A stretch of 48,346 bases of DNA. Source: an uncultured Bacteriovoracaceae bacterium (lineage in GTDB: Bacteria > Bdellovibrionota > Bacteriovoracia > Bacteriovoracales > Bacteriovoracaceae). The notes below the pieces were generated by a model that was not told the DNA's origin, ran no database searches, and worked only from the letters and a program-made list of their open reading frames with translations. Shown here piece by piece: positions 37,475-47,019 of the stretch. The stretch lies in assembly GCA_964012805.1 (NCBI GenBank), contig CAXGUD010000025.1:1-48346 (forward strand), in the 5' to 3' direction. Numbering within the stretch: position 1 is the first letter of the stretch; the number at the start of each line of letters is the position of its first letter. The translations under genes and the position numbers were made by a program.

Positions 37475-40400
37475 TTGAGGTGGTGTGTGTTTTTAAAAAA
37501 ACAGGCAATTTTTCTCATCTCTTTAAGCCTCTTTTTTTTTAGTCTGATATCTATTTCTTTAGGACAGGAACGTTCATCTTCAAACTCTGAACCTGATGAT
37601 AAAAAATTAGAAAACTTTAAAAATCGGTTTGTAGATAAGTTTGAAAAATTATCAAAAAAACTTTCCGAACGTCACAATGAAAATAGAGAAGGTGCTCACA
37701 AAGGTTGGAATGAACTTTTGGGGGTCGCTGGATTGGAATTAGATAAGGTTACAAAGCAAGAGGATGTTGCCCTTTTCCTTTTTGAAGAATTAGGAGTTGC
37801 TAATCAGGGGGGGACTATCGGGCTTTATGATAATACCTTTGACGCTCCTTCAGTCCTTTCAGACCTTCCAATAACAGCAGGAATATCAATGAATCTTCAT
37901 AGGAGCGTTGTTGATAAAAATAATGTAAGGGGTACTTATGGTGTTATTGATAAAATAACATTAAGGCTCGCCCCTTCAGCTTATTTAAAGTTAACGGGGA
38001 TACCAGGACTTGCTGGCAGTGTAGGTGGAGGACCTCGGTTTAGTTTTGAGGTAATTAATATTCGTCAAGTAACGCCAGAGGAATACTCAAGAATTCTTCC
38101 TATTAAAAGTATAAAAAAACAATTTTCTAAAATCATTAAAAAAAAGAAAGCGGCTCCTAAAATAAAGATTAAGGGTCCAGCAAATACTGTGAGAGAAAAA
38201 ACAAATGAGCGTTATTTAAACTTTATGCCTAAGCTTTCAAAATATATGCCTGAAAAAAATGCTGTGAGAGAAGCTTATCTTGGAAGGCTTTGGAACCCTA
38301 TTTCCCAAGTATTCCGTCTCCCTGTTACCAAGAAATCAATAAAAAGAATGGAAGATAATGAAATTATTTCTTACGCTTTAAATGGAGGGGTTGTTCTGGG
38401 GGCGAGCTTTGGAACTGGTCTTGACCCTACAGGTTACTTGACGATTCTTCAAGTTCATGGAGCTGATTTAAACTTTTCAGTTAATGGGAAACACCAGATA
38501 TCTGTTTTGAAAGAAGCGCCTCAAAAGAAGGGGGATAATTTTGTAAGAGTTAAATTGACGAGAGTCAGAGATACAGGAGTTACTTATGGAATGGGGAGTA
38601 GTCAGGTGACGGCCCTTCATAAGTGGTTAACTCTTGATGGGCATATAGTATGGACGACAGTTGGTGGGGTTGTACAATTGAAACCCTACCGATTTCAACT
38701 AAGTAAAAAGAACTCCAATTTTTATGATGTGGCCTATCGGTTTAATTTGAATATAGAGCAAGGAAAGGAAGCCTATATCATGGCATCTAGAGGAGATTTC
38801 ACTCTTGCCGATGTCTATAGTAAAGAAGAATATTTTAAAATGATTGGAAGAAATGAGAAAAAAAGGCCTGTTAAAAAGCTATTTACTAAAAAACAAAAGG
38901 TAAAATCTAGAAATATTGAACAAATGGTTTCTCTTTTTCTTTTAAATTTAAAAAAGTCTCGGACTTTTAACGACAGCGATAAATGGATAAAAATTGATTC
39001 AGACATTCATAAATATTTTGAAACTGATGTCATGTCATCTAGAGCTGTGAAAATCCTTTTCGCCTTTAATAAAAATAGGTCCCATCGTTTTACCGTGAAT
39101 GCGGATCTTAATAAATTTGATCAAAGAAACAAGCCTGATGACTCTTTGACACTTTTGGTAAGGGCAAGTTATCAAGATGATTTTATTCCCGCCGGAAGGT
39201 ATGTTCGTTATGTAGATGAAATAGAAATGGCCCTCGATAAAAATGATTTTCTTCCTCTACCTCCTCTTGAAAAGGGTATGAAGAAGTTCGCAAAGGGTAC
39301 TGTTGGAAAAATTAAATTGAATTATTCTCTAAAAATTAAAAGAAAGGCGATTGAAAAATTAATCAATTATCCAGAATCTAAAATGTGGCCGGCTCTGATT
39401 AATGCGTTTGGCGCTAAGGGGAAAGGATGGGAAAAGAAAGTTGGAAGAGCAAAATATATTGCAGCACGATTGGCCGTTTATGGGTTGACTATTCCTGTCT
39501 CGGCCCTTGGAGCAAGACTCCCAGAAAAAGATGATATTATTGTTGCTAAAATAAAATACAGCCGCTGGAAAAAATTAAAAGAATTTATTAATGAGCCTAA
39601 AAAACTTTCACGTGCTCTTGGTAAGTTTTTTGATAGTGGTGACTATGGCCCTGAAATGGTTAAGCTTTTAAGAAATGTTTTAGTTGGAGAAAAGATTAGT
39701 ATGGCAGGAAAATTTAAAAGTGATCTTCTTGGAAAAGAGGTAACCGTTTCGGAAGGAAAAACGGCAGCATGGAAAGATCCGACTGCAACACATATAAGCA
39801 GAAGTTTTGATAGTTATAGACCTAATTTCAAAGGCATTCAATCAAGTGGTTTAACTGCTAATGTCATAGGGCAGTCGTATTTTAAAGTTAATTTTAACTT
39901 GGAAAAAATTCCAAAAAAGGTTTTTTTTAAATTAGAGTCAAAAAATATAACAGGTGCTTTGACAAATAAAACGCTAAAAGTTTTAGTCGTTGACAATGAA
40001 AAAGAGCGTTTTAAAAAAGGTCTCAATTCTTTTGTCTTCTTTCTCAATGACAAACAACACTTTCTTTACCCAGTCGCTGAAAAGATAAAATTTTATAAAT
40101 TAGGTTTTTTTGGAAATAAGTACCGTCTATCGGTTGCTGGAAGTGAGGATGGAATCCATTTCGGAGATCTTTCGAGGGTTTACTTTAGAGCGAAGCCTGT
40201 GTATCACAAAACGAAACTTAAGACTTTAAAAAAGTGGTCAGAAGGAAGGACAAAAGATTGTTTGGGAAAGTCAGCTGATGAGCTTATTTTTTACCTGGAT
40301 AAAAATAAAATAGAGGATCATAAAATATGCTTCAAGCAAAGCAGACGTCATTGGGATGGTCGTTGTAAAATTGGTGTTACTCCTTATGTAAAAATTATTG

Positions 40401-40714
40401 GGATGAAGAAAAAAAACATGAAAAATAGAAATGAATGGATTATCGAAAACTGTCCTCGTGTTTTAGATAAAGAAGATTTAAATAAGTTATTGAATGAAAA
40501 AGACATTTGCAGAGGAAAAAAGGCAAATGAGATTATCAAAGATATTGGAAAGAATATTTTTTATATTTGTGATTACTGGAATAAAAAAGGCCCAAAGGAT
40601 AAAGGTTTTTGTAAGGATGGTGTCATCCCGTACCTTTTTGACGACCTCAAGAGAAAAAAACATGCAGACAACATCAAATCTCGAAATGATTGGCTTAAAA
40701 AAACCTGCAATTAA
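37475..40714 (+). CDS. Large exported hypothetical protein with two C-terminal Cys-rich repeats
   Basis: 1079-aa ORF with an N-terminal hydrophobic signal, strongly basic; exact start uncertain. Confidence 0.75.
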   Translation: MRWCVFLKKQAIFLISLSLFFFSLISISLGQERSSSNSEPDDKKLENFKNRFVDKFEKLSKKLSERHNENREGAHKGWNELLGVAGLELDKVTKQEDVALFLFEELGVANQGGTIGLYDNTFDAPSVLSDLPITAGISMNLHRSVVDKNNVRGTYGVIDKITLRLAPSAYLKLTGIPGLAGSVGGGPRFSFEVINIRQVTPEEYSRILPIKSIKKQFSKIIKKKKAAPKIKIKGPANTVREKTNERYLNFMPKLSKYMPEKNAVREAYLGRLWNPISQVFRLPVTKKSIKRMEDNEIISYALNGGVVLGASFGTGLDPTGYLTILQVHGADLNFSVNGKHQISVLKEAPQKKGDNFVRVKLTRVRDTGVTYGMGSSQVTALHKWLTLDGHIVWTTVGGVVQLKPYRFQLSKKNSNFYDVAYRFNLNIEQGKEAYIMASRGDFTLADVYSKEEYFKMIGRNEKKRPVKKLFTKKQKVKSRNIEQMVSLFLLNLKKSRTFNDSDKWIKIDSDIHKYFETDVMSSRAVKILFAFNKNRSHRFTVNADLNKFDQRNKPDDSLTLLVRASYQDDFIPAGRYVRYVDEIEMALDKNDFLPLPPLEKGMKKFAKGTVGKIKLNYSLKIKRKAIEKLINYPESKMWPALINAFGAKGKGWEKKVGRAKYIAARLAVYGLTIPVSALGARLPEKDDIIVAKIKYSRWKKLKEFINEPKKLSRALGKFFDSGDYGPEMVKLLRNVLVGEKISMAGKFKSDLLGKEVTVSEGKTAAWKDPTATHISRSFDSYRPNFKGIQSSGLTANVIGQSYFKVNFNLEKIPKKVFFKLESKNITGALTNKTLKVLVVDNEKERFKKGLNSFVFFLNDKQHFLYPVAEKIKFYKLGFFGNKYRLSVAGSEDGIHFGDLSRVYFRAKPVYHKTKLKTLKKWSEGRTKDCLGKSADELIFYLDKNKIEDHKICFKQSRRHWDGRCKIGVTPYVKIIGMKKKNMKNRNEWIIENCPRVLDKEDLNKLLNEKDICRGKKANEIIKDIGKNIFYICDYWNKKGPKDKGFCKDGVIPYLFDDLKRKKHADNIKSRNDWLKKTCN

Positions 40715-40885
40715 ACTCTGGATTTAAGGTTTTTTTGACAATTCTATGGCCGATTTAGAAACTCCATTATACGAACAAACCTCACTTTTTTAGAGACGGT
40801 TACGTTAGGCACAAAAGGTCAATACCTTTATGTTCATGCTGTCTCGTATTAAAATGCTAGCAATACCAAAGTGCTGGAGTACTGA

Positions 40886-42157
40886 ATGAAGAAAACCTCT
40901 TTAGTTTTGAGTTGTGCGATTATCCTAGTATTTTCTTCTCTTGTTTTAGGAGGGGGAGGAAAGCCAAAACCCAAACCAAAACCAAAACCAAAACCTCCAG
41001 TATCGCAAAATGTTAATGAGCTAAATTTACTTAGCTATAATATTGGATTGGCCCACGGTTATGTGCCTTATGCGGAAGAAAGGCTCCCCACGCTTGCTTC
41101 AGAGCTTAAAAAGAGTGATGCTGATATTCTTTGTCTTCAGGAGGTATGGAAGCAAGAAGATATGGCAACAATAAAAAACGCTTTGAAAAACAAATACCCT
41201 TACTCTATTTCAGCTCCAATAAAGCAGCATTATAGAAAAACGGGTTGGTTTTCAGGCCCTGCTTGTAGAGTGAGGGACCTTTTTGGGGATAATAAGTTTG
41301 TTTCCTGTATTCTAACAACTTGTAGTGGTAAATCGGGTGAAGAAAAAAGTCGTTGTATCAATAATGATTGCCGACCGGCTTTAGAATCACTAGTTAAAGC
41401 GAATAGAAATTGTGCAGAAAGTTTAATGGCCTCTGTTGGCGAAAACGAAGTCAAGGCCATTTTAAAATTAACAAACCCTTTCAAAATGGCGGCTAGGTTT
41501 AGTTATGATGGAGCTGTTGGCACAATGATTTTTTCTAAATTTCCTTTTAAAAAAAATGGCTATATTGATATGGCCAACAAAGCTACTTTAACAAATAGAG
41601 GAGCTCTTTATGCTTCTGTATCAGTAAATGGGAAAGAACACTTTGTGGGATGTACCCATCTTACAGCGAATTTAATTGTTTCAGCACCCTATGCAAACGA
41701 TCCTCCTTATACAAAAGGTGATATAAAGTTTGAAAATGGCTGGGAAAATGAAAACTATTTTCAGATGGGAAAAATGCTAGATGAGTTCAAAAAAATGGCG
41801 GGAGGAAAGCCTACCTACCTAATGGGTGATTTTAACTGCTCGATTAAGGATATGGCCCATGGAATTTATGCTGATTTCGAACCATCCTGTAAAATGGTTT
41901 TAAATAGAGGCTATAGTGACCCTTACGCTGACCAAAATCCTCAATGTACATTTTGTCACAACAACACCCTTCTAGAAGACTCAAGCGAAGATGAGATGTT
42001 ACTTGATCATATTTATTTGAAGAATGTTTCTCAATTGGGGGCGGTAACTTCTTCTATAAAATATACTGATACTTACTCAATTTCTGCTGAGGGAAAAACC
42101 TTTAATTCTCATCTTTCTGATCATTATGGAGTCCAAGTTAAAGTACCTCTTAGGTAA
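40886..42157 (+). CDS. Secreted endonuclease/exonuclease/phosphatase family protein
   Basis: LLSYNI, ADILCLQEVW, CTHL, LMGDFN, LDHI, LSDHYGV; signal peptide followed by a (KP)6 linker. Confidence 0.88.
   Translation: MKKTSLVLSCAIILVFSSLVLGGGGKPKPKPKPKPKPPVSQNVNELNLLSYNIGLAHGYVPYAEERLPTLASELKKSDADILCLQEVWKQEDMATIKNALKNKYPYSISAPIKQHYRKTGWFSGPACRVRDLFGDNKFVSCILTTCSGKSGEEKSRCINNDCRPALESLVKANRNCAESLMASVGENEVKAILKLTNPFKMAARFSYDGAVGTMIFSKFPFKKNGYIDMANKATLTNRGALYASVSVNGKEHFVGCTHLTANLIVSAPYANDPPYTKGDIKFENGWENENYFQMGKMLDEFKKMAGGKPTYLMGDFNCSIKDMAHGIYADFEPSCKMVLNRGYSDPYADQNPQCTFCHNNTLLEDSSEDEMLLDHIYLKNVSQLGAVTSSIKYTDTYSISAEGKTFNSHLSDHYGVQVKVPLR
40961..40996 (+). repeat. 6-bp tandem repeat encoding (KP)6
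   Basis: aagcca aaaccc aaacca aaacca aaacca aaacct. Confidence 0.8.
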
Positions 42158-42269
42158 GATCATATACCTGATAAACTTAATATTTTTCTTATAACAGACG
42201 ATAGATTTGTGAAGGGACCATGGGGTAAAGGTTCTTTCCATTTTGCTTTCTAATAAGGATGTATATTTT

Positions 42270-42572
42270 ATGGAAAAGGTTTTGAAGTTTGGTATTTTTA
42301 AGTTAGTGATCTTTGGGGCCTTCTTAGCTAGTTGCACTTCACTAAAAGAGGATAGAAAAAGTATAAGTTCTGGACTTGTGGGTTGTGATCCAAAAACAAT
42401 CGTTGTATCTGATTCAAAGGATTCAACATGGAAAGTTAATTGCAAGAGAAGAACTTTTTATTGCTCTAATATAGGTGATGATGAAAATGTGGTGCACGCA
42501 TGTAAGATTGGGTCTTCAGGAAAAAGACGCAAGAAAAGGAAGGCCAAAGCAAAGGTAGACCTTGGTCTTTAA
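42270..42572 (+). CDS. Small Cys-containing lipoprotein
   Basis: Lipobox FLASC; SSGLVGC.P..I, W.V.C....FYCS, C; ATG 42270 follows AAGGA. Confidence 0.7.
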   Translation: MEKVLKFGIFKLVIFGAFLASCTSLKEDRKSISSGLVGCDPKTIVVSDSKDSTWKVNCKRRTFYCSNIGDDENVVHACKIGSSGKRRKKRKAKAKVDLGL

Positions 42573-44977
42573 ATAAAAATTTCTAAAGCTTCTTCTCTTA
42601 AATTGTACCGTGAACTCATTGTTTTGCCATAAGCTCCTGCATTTTCTATAAGAAGAATATCTCCTTCGTCACTTTTAGGAAGAAGTCTTGACGATCCAAT
42701 CTTATCCCCCGTTTCACAAATTGGTCCTACAATATTAGTAACTTCTGTAAGAGGCTTCTCGAGTTTTGTAAGATTAAGAATATGATGATAGGCACCGTAT
42801 AGTGTTGGTCTAATAAGAATATTCATTCCAGCATCTATTCCTAAGTAATCAGTACTTCCTTTCTTCTTTTTTTGTGTAACTTTTGTAAGAAGAATACCGG
42901 CTTCAGAAGTTAAATAACGGCCAGGCTCCATCCAAATTTCGTATTGAGGGAATTGGTCTTTTACCTTTGAAAGTCCCCTTTGAAGGTCTTCAAGATTGAT
43001 ATTAAAATCCCCTGGTTTATTTTTTACACCGAGACCTCCACCAACATTAATGACTTTGATATCTTTAAAACGAGTGGCTAGTTGCGATAGGAAAAGACCC
43101 ATCTCTTTCCAGTGTTCTGTGTTATGGATTCCACTTCCTGCATGTGCGTGGAGTCCCTTAATAATGAATTTATTTTTTTTCATTAGCTTTTCTATTTCAT
43201 CAAGCTCAGTTGGAAGAATGCCGAATTTTGATTGCTCGCCAGCTGTTTTAACATAGTCATGATGGCCTCTTCCATGACCGGGATCTATTCTTAAGAAGAT
43301 TTTTTGATTTTTAAAAATCGAAGCCCAACTTTTAAGAGGATAAATGTTATCTAATGTAAATGTAACACCTTCTCGGATGGCCTTTTTACACTCGTCTTTA
43401 CTTATAAAATTCGGAGTAAACAGAATATCGGATGATTTTAAAGTTGGGATTACTTTTTTTAGATGTTTTATTTCTCCAATAGATACTGTTTCGAAGTGTA
43501 TCCCATTTTTGTGAAGGGATTTTAATACTTCCGAGTGAGAATTTGCCTTCATGGAAAAGAGAACTTTATCAATAGATGTGATCGACTTAAGTTCGGATGA
43601 CTTTTTTAATAAAGTTTCCTCTGAGTATATATAAACAGGAGATTGTTTTTTTCCTATTTTTAATAGTTTTCCCTTTTGAGGAAGCCACCAAGGAATTTTT
43701 TCAAGCAAAGGTTGGGGGTTTTGACCTACTTCTATCTCCTGCCATGTAGGTCCAAACCATAAGTTTTTTTGTGTATTGGAAAAGAGGATCTCATGAAGTG
43801 ATTTAAGGCATTTGGTAGTATTTTCATGATCAATAATAAAGGATAGATTTATATCACTTGCTGCCTGACTCATAAGGTATATTTTTTGATTTTCAAAAAC
43901 CTTAAAGACAGGAGATATTGATGGTATGACTGAACGTATATGACTTCCAATGAGAGAAATTGTTGTTTTTCCACCTAATGTTTTAAATTCCCCTAAGTGA
44001 CCGAACTCTTTATTTAATTTATCCTTAAGAATATTTATTGAGTTATTTTCATCAGGATCAAGTGAAAAAGTTATATTTGTTTCGGACGTAGAAATAAGAT
44101 CAACAGAAAGGTTATTCTTTTTGAGTAGGGTGAAGAGTTCTGCAAGGATACCAGACCGCCGCCACATATCCTCATTAGTGAGGCTTACAACTGTAACACC
44201 TCTCTTAATACCTAAAGCCTTAACAACCCCTTCACTAGATAATTTTTGATGACCTATTGTTGTGCCTTTTTCGTCCCAGGAGGAAATGAATGGTTTTATT
44301 TTTATGGAAACCTTTTCTCTTTTAAGTATTTTTAAAGTTTTGGGAGCTATAAATTTTGAAGTTACTTCTGAAACTTCAATTGCTTCTTCATAGCTTAATG
44401 ATTTTATAAGACGGCTTTGGGGGATAAGATGGGTATCGGACGAGAAAATGCCGTGTTCTTTAGTATAGATTGTGACTTGGTTAAGAGTAACGCCTTTTTC
44501 AATAATCTTTTCGAGGCTTATTTTATTAAAAAAATAATTATTTTTTTCGTCCAAATTATCTGAAGGTAGGTCTTTTTCTTCCCAGTATTTAAAAGGAAAA
44601 CTTATCATTTCCTTTTTTAAATAGATTTTAAAAAGAAGGTCAAAAATAATAGAAGAAGAGTTTTTTATATAGTTTTCTTTAAAGAGAGATTCCTTACGAA
44701 ACGTAAATTCTTTTAAAATATAATTTTTATCTTCTGAATTTATCCATCCTAGTTTTGATAATATTGTTTTAAGTTTTTTATCTAGACCGCTTGTTTCCTC
44801 AATATTGATGAGTGGATCTACTTTTGGAAATGACTTAATTAGTAGAAAACACCTTTTTTCAATTATTTCCTGAGTGTGGAGGATATTTTTAATTTTTTCC
44901 CAAGGGAAATTTACTAGAGGGAACATTTTAAGGTCAAAAATAATAATATCTGCTTTTTTAAAGGAGACCATGGACAT
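42569..44977 (-). CDS. lysA: Aspartate kinase-diaminopimelate decarboxylase fusion with degenerate kinase domain
   Basis: DAPDC motifs intact (FSMKANSH, SKFG, HAHAGSG, GGGLG, EPGRY, GPICETGD, AGAYG); ACT domains LSVDLISTSETNITFSLD and SQAASDINLSF. Confidence 0.9.
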   Translation of the reverse strand: MSMVSFKKADIIIFDLKMFPLVNFPWEKIKNILHTQEIIEKRCFLLIKSFPKVDPLINIEETSGLDKKLKTILSKLGWINSEDKNYILKEFTFRKESLFKENYIKNSSSIIFDLLFKIYLKKEMISFPFKYWEEKDLPSDNLDEKNNYFFNKISLEKIIEKGVTLNQVTIYTKEHGIFSSDTHLIPQSRLIKSLSYEEAIEVSEVTSKFIAPKTLKILKREKVSIKIKPFISSWDEKGTTIGHQKLSSEGVVKALGIKRGVTVVSLTNEDMWRRSGILAELFTLLKKNNLSVDLISTSETNITFSLDPDENNSINILKDKLNKEFGHLGEFKTLGGKTTISLIGSHIRSVIPSISPVFKVFENQKIYLMSQAASDINLSFIIDHENTTKCLKSLHEILFSNTQKNLWFGPTWQEIEVGQNPQPLLEKIPWWLPQKGKLLKIGKKQSPVYIYSEETLLKKSSELKSITSIDKVLFSMKANSHSEVLKSLHKNGIHFETVSIGEIKHLKKVIPTLKSSDILFTPNFISKDECKKAIREGVTFTLDNIYPLKSWASIFKNQKIFLRIDPGHGRGHHDYVKTAGEQSKFGILPTELDEIEKLMKKNKFIIKGLHAHAGSGIHNTEHWKEMGLFLSQLATRFKDIKVINVGGGLGVKNKPGDFNINLEDLQRGLSKVKDQFPQYEIWMEPGRYLTSEAGILLTKVTQKKKKGSTDYLGIDAGMNILIRPTLYGAYHHILNLTKLEKPLTEVTNIVGPICETGDKIGSSRLLPKSDEGDILLIENAGAYGKTMSSRYNLREEALEIFI

Positions 44978-45054
44978 TTCCCATTTTGAAGTGATGCTTT
45001 ATGATTATTTTGTTAGAATGGAAGTCTTAATGGAAGTTTTTTTTAGAGGTTTTT

Positions 45055-45513
45055 TTGGAAGGGAAAGAAGAAAACTGTATATTTTGCTCAATCATTGAAG
45101 GAAAAGAGCCTGCTTATGTAATCGAAGAAAGTGAATTGTTTTTAGTTATTTTAGATATTTTTCCATTAAGACCAGGCCATACGCTTGTTATTGTAAAAAG
45201 ACATGTTCAGCTTATTGAGGATTTAACCAACGAGGAGAGAGAGGTTCTTATAGGTTTAATCAATAAATTTAGCCAAAAACTTAAAAACTCAAATTTGAAA
45301 GTTAAAGCGACGCAGATAATCTTGAATAATGGAAAAGAAGCAAACCAAACAATACCCCACCTTCATTTTCATATAATTCCTCGCTACGGATTTGATTTAC
45401 CAATCCTTGTTTTTCATTTAATCACTAGATTTTTTAATCCTTACTTTAGGTTTGGTAATAAAAAAAGGTTGAAGAAAATCTTAGAAGACCTCACAAAAGG
45501 AAAAAACCTCTAA
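45055..45513 (+). CDS. HIT family protein
   Basis: CIFCSII, LDIFP..PGHTLVI.KRH, NNGKEANQTIPHLHFHIIPR. Confidence 0.92.
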   Translation: MEGKEENCIFCSIIEGKEPAYVIEESELFLVILDIFPLRPGHTLVIVKRHVQLIEDLTNEEREVLIGLINKFSQKLKNSNLKVKATQIILNNGKEANQTIPHLHFHIIPRYGFDLPILVFHLITRFFNPYFRFGNKKRLKKILEDLTKGKNL

Positions 45514-45520
45514 ATTAAAG

Positions 45521-46657
45521 CTAATTTAGATTATTAGTTCCTTTATTAGAGGTTTGAAGAAAGAAGATAAACCTCTCATCTGAAAAAATGCGAATTGGAG
45601 GAGGGTCATTTATAACTGCATTAAGTTGTTTACTTTGCTCTAAGGTCATCTCTTTATAGAGAATTTTTTGAAGGTCTATATCAGAATCTTTCCAAGGCAC
45701 TTGCCCCTCAAAAATTTGATCCATTAACAAAATTAAATCTCTTACCTGGTGGCCAAGTTTGTGTGAAATTATAAGCATACCATGTTTAAATAAAAGTGGG
45801 TCTTTTACGAGTTTTCTCTTCCCTAGGATTAAATAGAAACTTTCCGGAGATTTTACAGAAAGAGGAAAAATTTTATCTTTAAGGTCAGGGTTTTTAAGCT
45901 CACTTCTGCCAACTGATTTATAAAGATCTATATTTTTTAAATAAACACTCAGTTTGTCGACTTTTACTTCTAGGGCGACCTTGTAAGGAGACCCTTCCTT
46001 TTCAAAAAATATTTTTACTGAGTTTCCTGAGTCATCTTCAGGCATACCGATGCCATGAAACTTTATCTTTAAGGCCTTTAGAAGAGGAAGAACCATGTCT
46101 GCCTTGCCATTATAGTATTCAATATTTTTGTAATCGAAGTATGTTTTTTCAACTGTTGACCAAAACTCGTTGTCAGGAATGATAGAGCCTGGCAACCCTT
46201 TATAGGCTTTATTTTCTTCCTGGTCCTGAATTCTAATTTGATCATTTTGATAGAAAAACTTTCTAGAATAGCTGGAAAAAAGCTTAATGAATGATTCCAA
46301 GGTTCTATTTATAAGTAATGACGGTTCTATTTTGTATTTGAGAATTTTGTCACTATGACCTAGACCTTTGTAAGATGGAGTTCTAATGAGGGATAAATCA
46401 TCTTTTTTTAAGATATCCCAGTCAAAAAACTCTTGTAGAAAGATTTCTTTTAACTCCTTTTGAAAAAAAAGGAGGCGGAACCCTTTATCATCATCAATAT
46501 CGTCAAAGTTCTCAAAATTAGAAAAGCCGTACTGTGTCATCATGAAGTCGATATCATCATCATAGTTAAGGGAAGAAACTCTATAGTTTTTGTAAATGTA
46601 GAAAAGATCACGAAAAAAATCCAAGTCTTTAGGGTCTTTATGTCCTTTATTCGCCAT
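45521..46657 (-). CDS. Hypothetical protein
   Basis: 378-aa ORF with RBS AAGGA; no motif recognised. Confidence 0.7.
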   Translation of the reverse strand: MANKGHKDPKDLDFFRDLFYIYKNYRVSSLNYDDDIDFMMTQYGFSNFENFDDIDDDKGFRLLFFQKELKEIFLQEFFDWDILKKDDLSLIRTPSYKGLGHSDKILKYKIEPSLLINRTLESFIKLFSSYSRKFFYQNDQIRIQDQEENKAYKGLPGSIIPDNEFWSTVEKTYFDYKNIEYYNGKADMVLPLLKALKIKFHGIGMPEDDSGNSVKIFFEKEGSPYKVALEVKVDKLSVYLKNIDLYKSVGRSELKNPDLKDKIFPLSVKSPESFYLILGKRKLVKDPLLFKHGMLIISHKLGHQVRDLILLMDQIFEGQVPWKDSDIDLQKILYKEMTLEQSKQLNAVINDPPPIRIFSDERFIFFLQTSNKGTNNLN

Positions 46658-46925
46658 CTTGTTTCTTTCCTTAAATAATGAGGCCTAAGCCTGCAGCTAA
46701 TTACAACTTAGCGGTAAAGATGTTTGATAACTGAAATAAAACACTGATCAAAAAATACTTTTTAGATTAAGCTTCTACTTCCATTTGTAAGCCTTGTTTC
46801 GCTTTATGGGGTCCTTTTGACCAAAAAAAGCCGCCTTTTTTGATATTTTAAGGACTTAGCAGATGGCCATCTTTATTATCAAACTATTTTTTGGAGCTAA
46901 ATGACTCCAAAACCGACTGTTTTAG

Positions 46926-46942
46926 TTGGCATTGTTCTTGCT
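46926..46942 (+). promoter_or_regulatory. Sigma54 -24/-12 promoter
   Basis: TTGGCATTGTTCTTGCT gives GG-N10-GC, 78 bp upstream of ATG 47020. Confidence 0.7.
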
Positions 46943-47019
46943 AAACAGAGTTTAGGTCTCTAGTCCCTGTGACTTAGGCACTTGACTGAAACACTTTTAT
47001 TTGAGCAAGAGAGGATAAA

